From Candidatus Rifleibacteriota bacterium (GTDB lineage: Bacteria > Muiribacteriota > Ozemobacteria > Ozemobacterales > Ozemobacteraceae), in the NCBI GenBank assembly GCA_051747585.1, contig JBNJGH010000054.1, positions 1 through 22,170 of the forward strand: DNA of 22,170 bases, given 5' to 3'. The translations under genes were made by a program, and so were the position numbers. This document shows, in pieces, positions 7,099 to 15,329 of the stretch. The notes beneath the pieces are model-generated. The model saw only the letters and a list, made by a program, of their open reading frames with translations, was not told where the DNA came from and searched no databases. Position 1 is the first letter of the stretch. Every line of letters begins with the position of its first letter.

Positions 7099-9303
7099 TT
7101 AGATTTTACCTTTTTTCTTAAGGGTTTTAACGATTGAATCTACCACTTGAATTCCTTTGGAACCCCGACCGAATCCGTCATCCATACCGCATTCCTGCGC
7201 TATTTCTCTGGTAACCTGAGTTCCGCCACAGATCAGAATAATATCATCTCTTATTCCTTTTTCGCGACAAAGTTCATCGAGCTTGCGCATGTTTTTACGA
7301 TGAACATCATTATGGCTGATAATTGTACTGATAAGAATGGCCTTGGAACCGGTTTCGATTGCGGCATCAACCATTTTGCTAACCGGAACGGAAGTGCCGA
7401 GATAATGATATTTAGCACCAAATTTTTCAATTCCGGCGTGTTTAATATCAAGTATTTCGCGTAGTCCGACCGAATGCTCGTCTTCGCCTACGGTTCCAGC
7501 AACAACAGTAAGTCCGGCTTTTTTGATTCCTTCGCGTATTTCGTCTTCTGAAAGCATTTGAACTTTAGGAGGAATTTTAAGATTGGTGCGATCAATCGAG
7601 AAATCAACTTTACCCTTCACCTCAAGGAAAGTGCCTTCTGATGGATGGATAACCTGCGCATTGGTAACTTCGGGTTCGAGCAAACCCATCTTTTTAGCAA
7701 TTTCATTGGCCGCTGCTTTGGCTACTTCGAGCTCTTCGGGCAGGAAAATCTGAACAAGAACGGTTCCATCACCCGCCCATTCTACTTCAGGTTTAATTGA
7801 TTTACCTTTACGGTATTCAATTGTTTTTTCGAGCCTCAAATTGCAGTTGTCAGTCTGGTCAATTTCATCTATGTAATGAATTTTTTCTGGTTTGCACAGA
7901 GTGCAACCATCAATAAGGTCACAAGGCTTTTTAATATTTTCCGGCAGTTTGTTATGACCAAAATTGCTGCAAACCGGTGCCATATAGTCTTTTTCTCGTT
8001 CGACTATGGTATCAATACCTACGCCACCCTTACCGCTTCTTGCGATTCCATCACCGTTTCGTTCAGGATATTTGGCCGAATCAACGAAGAAACCTTTTTC
8101 GACGGCAGCAAAGTATCCGCCGCTTTCCAGCATTTCTTCAAGGAAGCAAATCGCTCTGATCTTGAGGTCTCTTACCATTTCGCCCAAGGGGCCTTCGCGA
8201 TCAATTTTAAGCAGTTGCTTGATGCCATCGAGAGCTACCAGGGTCTGCTTTGCGGTTTCCACCCCTCTGACACTGTTATAATGCCATGGCACGTTTCTAC
8301 CTTCATCTGGAGTTATTGTACTTTGAATATCGGAATGGGTTAGAGCAGTTATAAGGGTATCAATAACATGAGTACGAGTTGCTTCTTCAATATCGGATTC
8401 TATATATCTTGTATTTTGCTGAGCTCGGAATTTAAATTCTTTAAAGAGATCTCTTAAAGCAACAGCATAAGGAAGATCATACCAGAGTTTTGGTGAAGGA
8501 GGAGCACATGGTGGAACAGTTGAAAGCCCGATTTGTGACTTTGGCATTCCTACAGCTACAGAGAAAGCACAGTTGATACCATGCTGAACCATAAGTTCAG
8601 GCATGACTGCCCAGCCTTCGCGTGCGGTAGCATTTGCATTATGGGCACCATCAATCTGAAAAATATGAGCATCTGCCATTATTTTTTTCGCATTTGCCGC
8701 ATCAGTAAATGAGCGATACATGTTTACATTGCGATAAAGAACATTATATTGAGGATCCTGGTGCGCACCGTTTATTCCTTCTTCGGCGAATAGAACAGCA
8801 ACTTCGGGACCTGCTACACCGGAAACATAAGAATGAAAGTTAATCGGGCGCCCGACTTCATCTTCAATCATATCGCAGGCTTTTCTTGAGGCTCTGATCT
8901 GCTTTCTGGTTATTGGAACCCCTCCGACTCCTTCGGGTGTTCCTTCGAGTAAGCCATCGATGTGGCTTTGCCCGGTTGTTCTAATAACCATAATATGGTC
9001 AGCGCCGTGCCATGCGGCCATTCTCATACGACGAATATCATCTTCAAAACGACCTGAAGCTATTTCTGTGCTGATAACAGGTTTAGGCTGAGGATCTATG
9101 TTATTAAAATATTTTGCAGCAGGCAGGGGAACCGAATTTTTTAACGGTTCGCTCATGTCTTTAAAATTGAACTTTTCTACCTTATAACCATCTTTTATAT
9201 GGTTGCGCCAGGTCCAACCTTTGCGCCGAGGATGATAATCCTTTAAATTTGTGAGTATTTCTTCTATATCGAGTTTTTTTTCGGGGTTTAATTTTTCTGT
9301 CAT
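7099..9303 (-). CDS. oraE: D-ornithine 4,5-aminomutase large subunit E, B12- and PLP-dependent (a KamD/KamE-like fusion)
   Basis: 734 aa. The motif run PRRKGWTWRN ... IASGRFEDDIRRMRMAAWHGADHIMVIRTTGQSH ... GAHQDPQYNVLYRN matches what I recall of C. sticklandii OraE. The C-terminal B12-binding Rossmann domain carries a DxHxxG motif (EDEHSVG). SD GAAAGG lies upstream of the ATG at 9303. Confidence 0.9.
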   Translation of the reverse strand: MTEKLNPEKKLDIEEILTNLKDYHPRRKGWTWRNHIKDGYKVEKFNFKDMSEPLKNSVPLPAAKYFNNIDPQPKPVISTEIASGRFEDDIRRMRMAAWHGADHIMVIRTTGQSHIDGLLEGTPEGVGGVPITRKQIRASRKACDMIEDEVGRPINFHSYVSGVAGPEVAVLFAEEGINGAHQDPQYNVLYRNVNMYRSFTDAANAKKIMADAHIFQIDGAHNANATAREGWAVMPELMVQHGINCAFSVAVGMPKSQIGLSTVPPCAPPSPKLWYDLPYAVALRDLFKEFKFRAQQNTRYIESDIEEATRTHVIDTLITALTHSDIQSTITPDEGRNVPWHYNSVRGVETAKQTLVALDGIKQLLKIDREGPLGEMVRDLKIRAICFLEEMLESGGYFAAVEKGFFVDSAKYPERNGDGIARSGKGGVGIDTIVEREKDYMAPVCSNFGHNKLPENIKKPCDLIDGCTLCKPEKIHYIDEIDQTDNCNLRLEKTIEYRKGKSIKPEVEWAGDGTVLVQIFLPEELEVAKAAANEIAKKMGLLEPEVTNAQVIHPSEGTFLEVKGKVDFSIDRTNLKIPPKVQMLSEDEIREGIKKAGLTVVAGTVGEDEHSVGLREILDIKHAGIEKFGAKYHYLGTSVPVSKMVDAAIETGSKAILISTIISHNDVHRKNMRKLDELCREKGIRDDIILICGGTQVTREIAQECGMDDGFGRGSKGIQVVDSIVKTLKKKGKI

Positions 9304-9321
9304 TATGCCTAACCTTTCTAC

Positions 9322-9672
9322 TTAAAAAAGATTGTCGAGAGTTGTTTTGTCTTCGGCGATTTTTTGGGCCGCTTCAGGAATTTTGATGTTGTTTTTCTCT
9401 GAAACGCGCAAAACAACATGCCCGGCACCTTTACCAAGCAATCCGGCTTCCTTGACAACATTTACAACTGCTTGAGAGGTCATACTATCTATGCCCATGC
9501 GCAATAATACAGAACGCTCGATTGAAGGCGAAGTAAAATTACGCCCATAATCAACCATGGGTTCAACAACTTTTTCGCATAAACTCCAGAACTTGTCTTT
9601 AAGCTCATCATTGCTCATTTTTTCGAGTTCTTTACGACGAGCTTCAAACTTTTTAATTCTTTCTTCGCTCAT
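9322..9672 (-). CDS. oraS: D-ornithine 4,5-aminomutase small subunit S
   Basis: 116 aa. SPSIERSVLLRMGIDSMTSQAVVNVVKEAGLLGKGAGH matches the conserved OraS core. It lies 18 nt upstream of oraE, with the SD AAAGGA before its ATG. Confidence 0.85.
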   Translation of the reverse strand: MSEERIKKFEARRKELEKMSNDELKDKFWSLCEKVVEPMVDYGRNFTSPSIERSVLLRMGIDSMTSQAVVNVVKEAGLLGKGAGHVVLRVSEKNNIKIPEAAQKIAEDKTTLDNLF

Positions 9673-9759
9673 ACCAATTCCTTTCGAACTAATAATTTCA
9701 TTTTATGCCAAGACTGTAACTCGTTTTGCCCATTTTTACCACCCTAAATTGTAAAATTT

Positions 9760-9770
9760 TCAGGGCAATT
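9760..9770 (-). promoter_or_regulatory. Copy C of the CAGGGCAAT motif (tcagggcaatt), centred ~94 nt upstream of the oraS start, in an A/T-rich context
   Basis: 11/11 identical to copy B in the same orientation relative to the downstream minus-strand operon. Confidence 0.35.
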
Positions 9771-9788
9771 TTTTAAGTATGGCCAAAG

Positions 9789-10289
9789 TCATGAATTCTT
9801 TCTTTCGGCATTTCGAACATAAATATTGAAGGTAAATGCAGGAGTTGTTGCAAAATTTTCGCTCGATACAAGTTTGAATTGTTCAGAAGAAAATTCCGGA
9901 AAATATTTGTCTCCTTCGTAAGCTTTTTCAATAGTAGAAAGATAAATTCTATCTGCAAAAACCAATGCCTGGTGGTAAACACTTTCGCCGCCGGCTATAA
10001 AAACTTCTTGGGAGAAATTCAATTCATCTGCAATTTTTAAAGCCTGTTGCATGCTTTCAGCGGTTAAAGCTTTTTCAAACATTGCATCTGGCTGACGAGT
10101 CAAAACTATTGTCTTTCTTCCCGGCAGAGCTTTACCAATGCCTTCAAAGGTTTTTCGTCCCATTATAAGAGTTTTATTCATGGTAATTTTTTTGAACAGT
10201 GCAAGTTCTTCGGGTATATGCCAGGGCATTTTACCCCGATTACCAATCAAATTGTTCTTATCTCTGGCCGCTATGATTGAAATAATCAT
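9789..10289 (-). CDS. folA: Dihydrofolate reductase
   Basis: MIISIIAA..NLIGNRGKMPWHIPEELALFKKITMNKTLIMGRKTFEGIG..LPGRKTIVLTR is a textbook DHFR N-terminus. 166 aa. Confidence 0.85.
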   Translation of the reverse strand: MIISIIAARDKNNLIGNRGKMPWHIPEELALFKKITMNKTLIMGRKTFEGIGKALPGRKTIVLTRQPDAMFEKALTAESMQQALKIADELNFSQEVFIAGGESVYHQALVFADRIYLSTIEKAYEGDKYFPEFSSEQFKLVSSENFATTPAFTFNIYVRNAERKNS

Positions 10290-10342
10290 TCTTAATTTTT
10301 TCTCCCGCTTGCTGTTTTTATTCTGAAATGGTATTTTAACGG

Positions 10343-10371
10343 ATCTGATATGATTGACAACCTTTAAGCAA
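10343..10371 (+). promoter_or_regulatory. Candidate sigma70 promoter TTGACA, 17 nt spacer, TAACAT, upstream of the PsiE-like gene; divergent from folA
   Basis: The hexamers and spacing were seen directly. The SD GGAGAG at 10388-10393 precedes the TTG start at 10397. Confidence 0.35.
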
Positions 10372-10396
10372 AGTCATAACATAAGATGGAGAGAAC

Positions 10397-10828
10397 TTGG
10401 AGTCAAACGAAATAAAAAAAGAGAACAAAGAGATGCCCAGGGTAACCAGAATATCTAAGTTACTGCATAGAGCGACGTTATGGAGCGAACGTATCTTAGC
10501 TATTTCCATTCTATTGGCAATGGCGGTATTTTTTTATACGATGGTTGCCTCAACCGGTAGCTATGACTGGACAAAAACCGAAGCGCTCTATGACATCATC
10601 AATAGAATACTTCTTCTGGTTATTTGCCTGGAATTGATCAGGACTCTTCTTACCCATGACCTTGAGGCGGTATTGGAGCTACTTGCCTTTGTAGTAGCCA
10701 GAAAAACCATGGTTCCGAACCTGACCGTGATAGATATTCTGTTAAGCGTTATCGCTTTTGTCTTATTAATTCTGGCAAGAAAGTATTGTATACCGACAGA
10801 CTCTCCGCTTAGACTGGCGCGCAAATAA
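10397..10828 (+). CDS. PsiE-like small inner-membrane protein (phosphate-starvation-inducible E family), 3-4 TM helices. Start is either the TTG at 10397 (good SD) or the ATG at 10433.
   Basis: Size, hydrophobicity pattern and the loose pattern DWTKTEALYDIINRILLLVICLELIRTLL resemble PsiE. The start codon at 10397 is TTG. Confidence 0.5.
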   Translation: MESNEIKKENKEMPRVTRISKLLHRATLWSERILAISILLAMAVFFYTMVASTGSYDWTKTEALYDIINRILLLVICLELIRTLLTHDLEAVLELLAFVVARKTMVPNLTVIDILLSVIAFVLLILARKYCIPTDSPLRLARK

Positions 10829-10878
10829 CAATAAAAGTCTTCAAGTTTTCTCAAATTTGTATTTGCACCTGGACTTTT

Positions 10879-11772
10879 ATGTTAAAAAAACAAAATAAAC
10901 TGGCAAGGCTGTTAAAGAACTTTATTTTCAGTGGTCTTGACGAAAACAATACCGACATAGAAACCCTTCGACAAGTTGGGATGCTTAATGCTTTAATTGT
11001 TGTAAGCCTTATAATTCTTTTCCCTTTAAGCATTATCGCTCTAAAGCAACAACTATATCAGCTTTTATTCGTCGAAACACTTGTGTCTATTTCTCTGATT
11101 TCGATTGTCATTTTTATGCGCAAAACCAGCGACTATTGTAAAGTTTCAATTCCCACAGTTGTTATTGCCGGAATCTTTTATGCGTATCTGCTTACTACAG
11201 GAGGGAAAGCCAACACCGGATTCATCTGGATGTTTTCTTATCCATCAATAGCAACCTTTCTTCTCGGAATCAGAAAAGGCATTTTTTTTTCCTTCCTGCT
11301 TTTTATTTACAGCCTGGCTATAATGTTTGCCGAGCAAAATATTGTTCCAACTACTGCAAACTACACATTTAGCTTGAGTGTTAGAATATCTTTTTCTTAC
11401 TTATTGATTTGTCTTTTTGCCTGGGCAGTCGAATCAACCAGAGCAACTGCGCAATTTGAATATCATCAAATAAACGATGAACTACAAGATTCATGTAAAG
11501 AGCTGGAAAAAAGACATCACGCAAAAAAAGAAATTATAACCGAACTACGCGAAGCCATAGTCGAAGCAGAACAATTAAAACGAATTTTGCCCATCTGTTC
11601 CAGTTGTAAAAAAGTTAGAAATGATACAGGCTACTGGGAAAAAGTCGAACGATATTTTAACCAGCATTCCGGAACAAAATTCAGTCACAGTGTTTGCCCG
11701 GACTGTGCAAACATCTATTACAAAGATATTTTAGACGATGAAGAAAACGGCAGTGCCCGAAAGATTGTATGA
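10879..11772 (+). CDS. Membrane sensor-like protein: six predicted TM helices, a coiled-coil linker, and a C-terminal Cys4/His2 (CxxC...H..H...CxxC) zinc-ribbon-like module
   Basis: Six hydrophobic segments in residues ~35-185, the coiled coil ELQDSCKELEKRHHAKKEIITELREAIVEAEQLKR, then ILPICSSCKKVRNDTGYWEKVERYFNQHSGTKFSHSVCPDCANIYY. The stop overlaps the next gene's ATG (ATGA). Confidence 0.7.
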   Translation: MLKKQNKLARLLKNFIFSGLDENNTDIETLRQVGMLNALIVVSLIILFPLSIIALKQQLYQLLFVETLVSISLISIVIFMRKTSDYCKVSIPTVVIAGIFYAYLLTTGGKANTGFIWMFSYPSIATFLLGIRKGIFFSFLLFIYSLAIMFAEQNIVPTTANYTFSLSVRISFSYLLICLFAWAVESTRATAQFEYHQINDELQDSCKELEKRHHAKKEIITELREAIVEAEQLKRILPICSSCKKVRNDTGYWEKVERYFNQHSGTKFSHSVCPDCANIYYKDILDDEENGSARKIV

Positions 11773-12611
11773 AAAATTTCATTAATTTTTTAAAAGGTTT
11801 TCCGGCGCCTGAAGAGGACGATAGATTAAATATCGAGCTCCGGCGAAAAATAACGGTACTGAATCTGTTTTTGCTAATAGGCAGTTTTTTTACCTTTATT
11901 CTCGGCATTATTACATTTAGGAGCGGCAACACTTTCATTACCGCCGTAGATACTCTTGCATTGTTAATCTTCAGCTCGCTTTTTATTTATTTGCGAAACA
12001 ATAGAAACTTTGAACGCTGCGCAACTCTTTCAATTTTTTTTGTCGGACTTTTTTTTGTTTTTCTTTTTGCTACGGGTGGAATAGATAAAACCTCTTTTGT
12101 CTGGGTTTTTCCTTTTCCAATGATTGCAATTTATCTAACCGGAGTTAAAAAAGGAACTTATGCAACTTTAATTATGCTCTTTGCTATGATTATTGTATTT
12201 CTTACCGGTTCCAGCATACCCCAGTTTGCAAATTATGAATTTAATGTCAAAATTCGTACTATTCCAGCATTTATTTTAATAACCCTGTTTTCTTTTACGA
12301 TTGAAAAAATGACTTTGCTTGTCAGTAATAAACTTCTAAGCGCAAGAAAGTTACGAGAGAAAAATTTACACAAGTTAAAACAGATGGACGAAGAGAACGA
12401 AAAGCTTATAAAAGAACTTGAAAGCAAGCTTGGTGAAGTAAGAAGTTTGCAAACTATTTTACCAATTTGCTCAATTTGCAAAAAAATTAGAAACGATGAT
12501 GGCTATTGGGAAAAAGTAGAAAAATATTTTCATCAGCATTCGGGCACCGTTTTCAGCACCAGTCTTTGCCCTGAATGTGAAAAAAAACCTTCTAAAAAAC
12601 CCGACAATTAA
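11769..12611 (+). CDS. Paralogue of the preceding gene, with the same architecture (6 TM, coiled coil, C-terminal Cys4/His2 module)
   Basis: C-terminus ILPICSICKKIRNDDGYWEKVEKYFHQHSGTVFSTSLCPECEKK is near-identical to the upstream paralogue. The membrane domain is divergent but colinear (TGG..GF.W.F..P). Confidence 0.7.
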   Translation: MKNFINFLKGFPAPEEDDRLNIELRRKITVLNLFLLIGSFFTFILGIITFRSGNTFITAVDTLALLIFSSLFIYLRNNRNFERCATLSIFFVGLFFVFLFATGGIDKTSFVWVFPFPMIAIYLTGVKKGTYATLIMLFAMIIVFLTGSSIPQFANYEFNVKIRTIPAFILITLFSFTIEKMTLLVSNKLLSARKLREKNLHKLKQMDEENEKLIKELESKLGEVRSLQTILPICSICKKIRNDDGYWEKVEKYFHQHSGTVFSTSLCPECEKKPSKKPDN

Positions 12612-12613
12612 AA

Positions 12614-15325
12614 CTATTTTTCTTTGTCGCTATTTTCGTCTTCTTCCATGTTGTCTTCTGCAGCGGGAAAAATTCGATAAATAATAATTAAAAGAATCAG
12701 GGTTACTAACCCCATAACAAAATAAAGACCCCAGCCTTTTTCACTGAATGCATCTTTAATGTTCTGTTTCACTGCAGGTTCTGAATAAGTATTTATTTCT
12801 TTAAGTGCTATTTTTCGAGGCTCTTTGGTTAAAAGCTCGTCACGCACCAGCTCAAGATCATATTCCGGTTTTTCGGCGTTGGAATTTCCACCATAAATCA
12901 AATAACTACCGGGCTGAGAGGCTTTAAAAAAGAGATCCTGAGTAGAATAAACCGCATTAACTGCAGTAACAACCACGGGACTGTTTTCGTTATGCATAAC
13001 AACTAATTGAAGCTGATTTTCACCTACAGGTAGATTCTTTAACGATAGTAAAAAGCTGTTATTCGGGTTTTCACCCTTCCATATCATGGTTTTCCATTCA
13101 CGCCAGCCAAGATTCCCGGGTTTGGGCAAATTAACTTTGATCGAGCGCTGAAAAGTTCCCGGAAGATTAAATGAAAGAGATTTATAAAACTTCGATGCAA
13201 CCGGCAGGTGAATATTATAAGTGGTTATATTCTTTTCCCGGTCGTAACTTTGCTCGAAAGACAGAGCAAAAGCTTCATTATAAGGTTTTCCGAGGAAATA
13301 AGGGATCTGATTACCGTTTTTTACAATTCTTATTGAATCGCGATGATTATCTAAAGCAGCCTCATGATTAAGTTTAAGCTGGCATAGACCTGCGACGGGC
13401 ATAGTAAAGCTCCCTACCCAGCGATAACCTTGTCCCTTAAAAGGTGCTCCTTCAGGCTTCATGGCAACTGCCGGCGAAGTTTTTGTTTCGGAGCCATTAA
13501 AATAGATCAGGTCTGAATGAGAAACTTTTTCAGGAAACAATTCCGCTAATTTATCCTGAATCATTTTAAGGTCATAACTTGGCCTTTCAGCGTTTTTATC
13601 ACCACCATAAAGCTGGTATTTTCCCGAGCCTGAAGCTATAAAATAAAGATCACGGACATTGATTTCAGCAACAATCGATTCAAGCGGTAAAGAGTAGTTA
13701 TTACCGTTATCGATTACAATTTTTATTCTTTTCTGGTTTTGCGGAAAATCCTTTAAAGATAAATCAATTACAATCTCTTCGTTCTTTTCATTTCGCAAGT
13801 TTAAGCGTTTAAAAACCTGCCATCCGACTTTGCCGGCAGTATGTTTGTATAAAGTAACATCGCGGTCAAAAATTCCTGAGGTTTTTATTTTGAGCCGATC
13901 GGGGTTTCTTTTGCCCGATGGAAAATCTATATAAAAGATTGAATGATTTTTTTGGGCATCGAATTCCTTTTTATAATTCAACCGATAATCACGCTTATAA
14001 TAACGCCCTCTAAAATAGGGGATCTGTTGTTGGTCTTTAACTATGCGCAGACTGTCTAAATAATTGTCAAAAAAGACTCTTGAAGATAATTCAAGCTGAT
14101 AAAACCCGGGCTTATCTACATTCACATCAGCTTTCCATTTGTATCCATCAGCAGAAAAGGGACCACCGGCAAGAGAAATATCTTTTAACACACTTTCTGC
14201 CTCGTAATCGCTATTATGTTCGACTTCACCGCTTTTCACCTGCATTGGAGCCCGACCTTCGAGCACACTTGCAAATTCAAGAATCTTTTGGTTTTTATTA
14301 AGACCGGTTTCAAGACGATATCTACCGGATATATCTGCAGAAAATACAATGCGGGGTAAGCGAAATCGGGCACTAATTGAAACAATTTTTCCGTAATGGT
14401 CAGCCGGACTTAACTGAAGAATAAGCTTTCGGCTTTTCCAGGTTCGGTTAACAGGAATACCTACATTCTGGGGATCCTGACGCATCGTTTCAAAGCCACC
14501 CGATAAGATTTCATTGAATTCGGGTCTGCCAAGAACAAACTTTTCTGTTCCCACGCGCCATTTCCCTTTAAACATTGCAGAGGTTTCAACTATCAGTTCT
14601 TCAATAAAAATAGATGTTCCGGGCAGGTTTATTCGCAACTCATCGGCATTTTCTCTGTTTATAACGTCGTAAGACAAAAAGTTGGTAAGATTCTTATATC
14701 CTTTTCCGCCTCTTCTTCCCTTTACATAAACGTCAACTGAACTAATTGGCGTTTGGCTGAATTTTTCGTCAAAGCCCGAGAAACGCAATCTGATCTTTTC
14801 TACCACTTTTTCTTCTGTTTCTATTCTGACAATTCCCGTTAATTGCTGTGGACTGGAGCGGAGTATGGCAGCTCCAGTAGCAACACTGTGCCATCTATTA
14901 TCATAAAAGATCTGGAATTCCATTTTTGCAGCCGGTGGAGCATAGGGCAAATTAACTTGAATACCGCTAATCAGGTGATTCTTCGGGACATCTGCCTGCC
15001 ATAAAAGCTGGTTATCTTTTTCCCACTCCGTTTTATCGGCTTTGATTCTTATCAGGCTCTGGTCTCCAGATTCGCGCCAATATAACTCAAGTGCTCTGGG
15101 CTGGCTGTCTGGTCCGAAAAGGCTTAAATCAAGACAATTGTTAACTATTTGTCCATTTTCATCTATAAAACTTTTATGCAATTCCGGTTCAAGAAATGAA
15201 TTTACAGTTCCCGTTGCAACTACATCTAACTCAGCACGACTTAACCATTGTGAAGCAAAAACAATCGGAGAAACAAAGACAAAAATAAAAAGAATTATGA
15301 TTTTATAGTTAAAATTAGCATTCAT
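12614..15325 (-). CDS. DUF3999-like exported protein: signal peptide, internally duplicated large extracytoplasmic region, C-terminal TM anchor and acidic tail
   Basis: N-terminal signal peptide MNANFNYKIIILFIFVFVSPIVFASQ and C-terminal TM GLYFVMGLVTLILLIIIYRIF followed by EDNMEEDENSDKEK. Internal repeats are present (DSLRIVKDQQQIPYF / DSIRIVKNGNQIPYF, and DLYFIASGSGKYQLYGGDKNAERPSYDL / DLFFKASQPGSYLIYGGNSNAEKPEYDL). The ATG at 15325 is preceded by the SD GGAGAAA and lies 4 nt after the upstream gene's stop. Confidence 0.7.
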   Translation of the reverse strand: MNANFNYKIIILFIFVFVSPIVFASQWLSRAELDVVATGTVNSFLEPELHKSFIDENGQIVNNCLDLSLFGPDSQPRALELYWRESGDQSLIRIKADKTEWEKDNQLLWQADVPKNHLISGIQVNLPYAPPAAKMEFQIFYDNRWHSVATGAAILRSSPQQLTGIVRIETEEKVVEKIRLRFSGFDEKFSQTPISSVDVYVKGRRGGKGYKNLTNFLSYDVINRENADELRINLPGTSIFIEELIVETSAMFKGKWRVGTEKFVLGRPEFNEILSGGFETMRQDPQNVGIPVNRTWKSRKLILQLSPADHYGKIVSISARFRLPRIVFSADISGRYRLETGLNKNQKILEFASVLEGRAPMQVKSGEVEHNSDYEAESVLKDISLAGGPFSADGYKWKADVNVDKPGFYQLELSSRVFFDNYLDSLRIVKDQQQIPYFRGRYYKRDYRLNYKKEFDAQKNHSIFYIDFPSGKRNPDRLKIKTSGIFDRDVTLYKHTAGKVGWQVFKRLNLRNEKNEEIVIDLSLKDFPQNQKRIKIVIDNGNNYSLPLESIVAEINVRDLYFIASGSGKYQLYGGDKNAERPSYDLKMIQDKLAELFPEKVSHSDLIYFNGSETKTSPAVAMKPEGAPFKGQGYRWVGSFTMPVAGLCQLKLNHEAALDNHRDSIRIVKNGNQIPYFLGKPYNEAFALSFEQSYDREKNITTYNIHLPVASKFYKSLSFNLPGTFQRSIKVNLPKPGNLGWREWKTMIWKGENPNNSFLLSLKNLPVGENQLQLVVMHNENSPVVVTAVNAVYSTQDLFFKASQPGSYLIYGGNSNAEKPEYDLELVRDELLTKEPRKIALKEINTYSEPAVKQNIKDAFSEKGWGLYFVMGLVTLILLIIIYRIFPAAEDNMEEDENSDKEK

Positions 15326-15329
15326 AGTG

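Noticed and set aside
9773-9982. 69-aa minus ORF overlapping the 3' end of folA in another frame
   Set aside because: It is an out-of-frame overlap with the confidently identified DHFR gene.
10138-10326. 62-aa + ORF in the folA / PsiE-like divergent region
   Set aside because: It mostly overlaps folA antisense. Its sequence is poly-Ile/Leu/Phe from the AT-rich region, and it has no RBS.
10829-10878. Sigma-54 promoter at TTGCACCTGG just upstream of the first sensor paralogue
   Set aside because: Only the -12-like TTGCA is present. There is no TGGCAC-like -24 element at the correct spacing.
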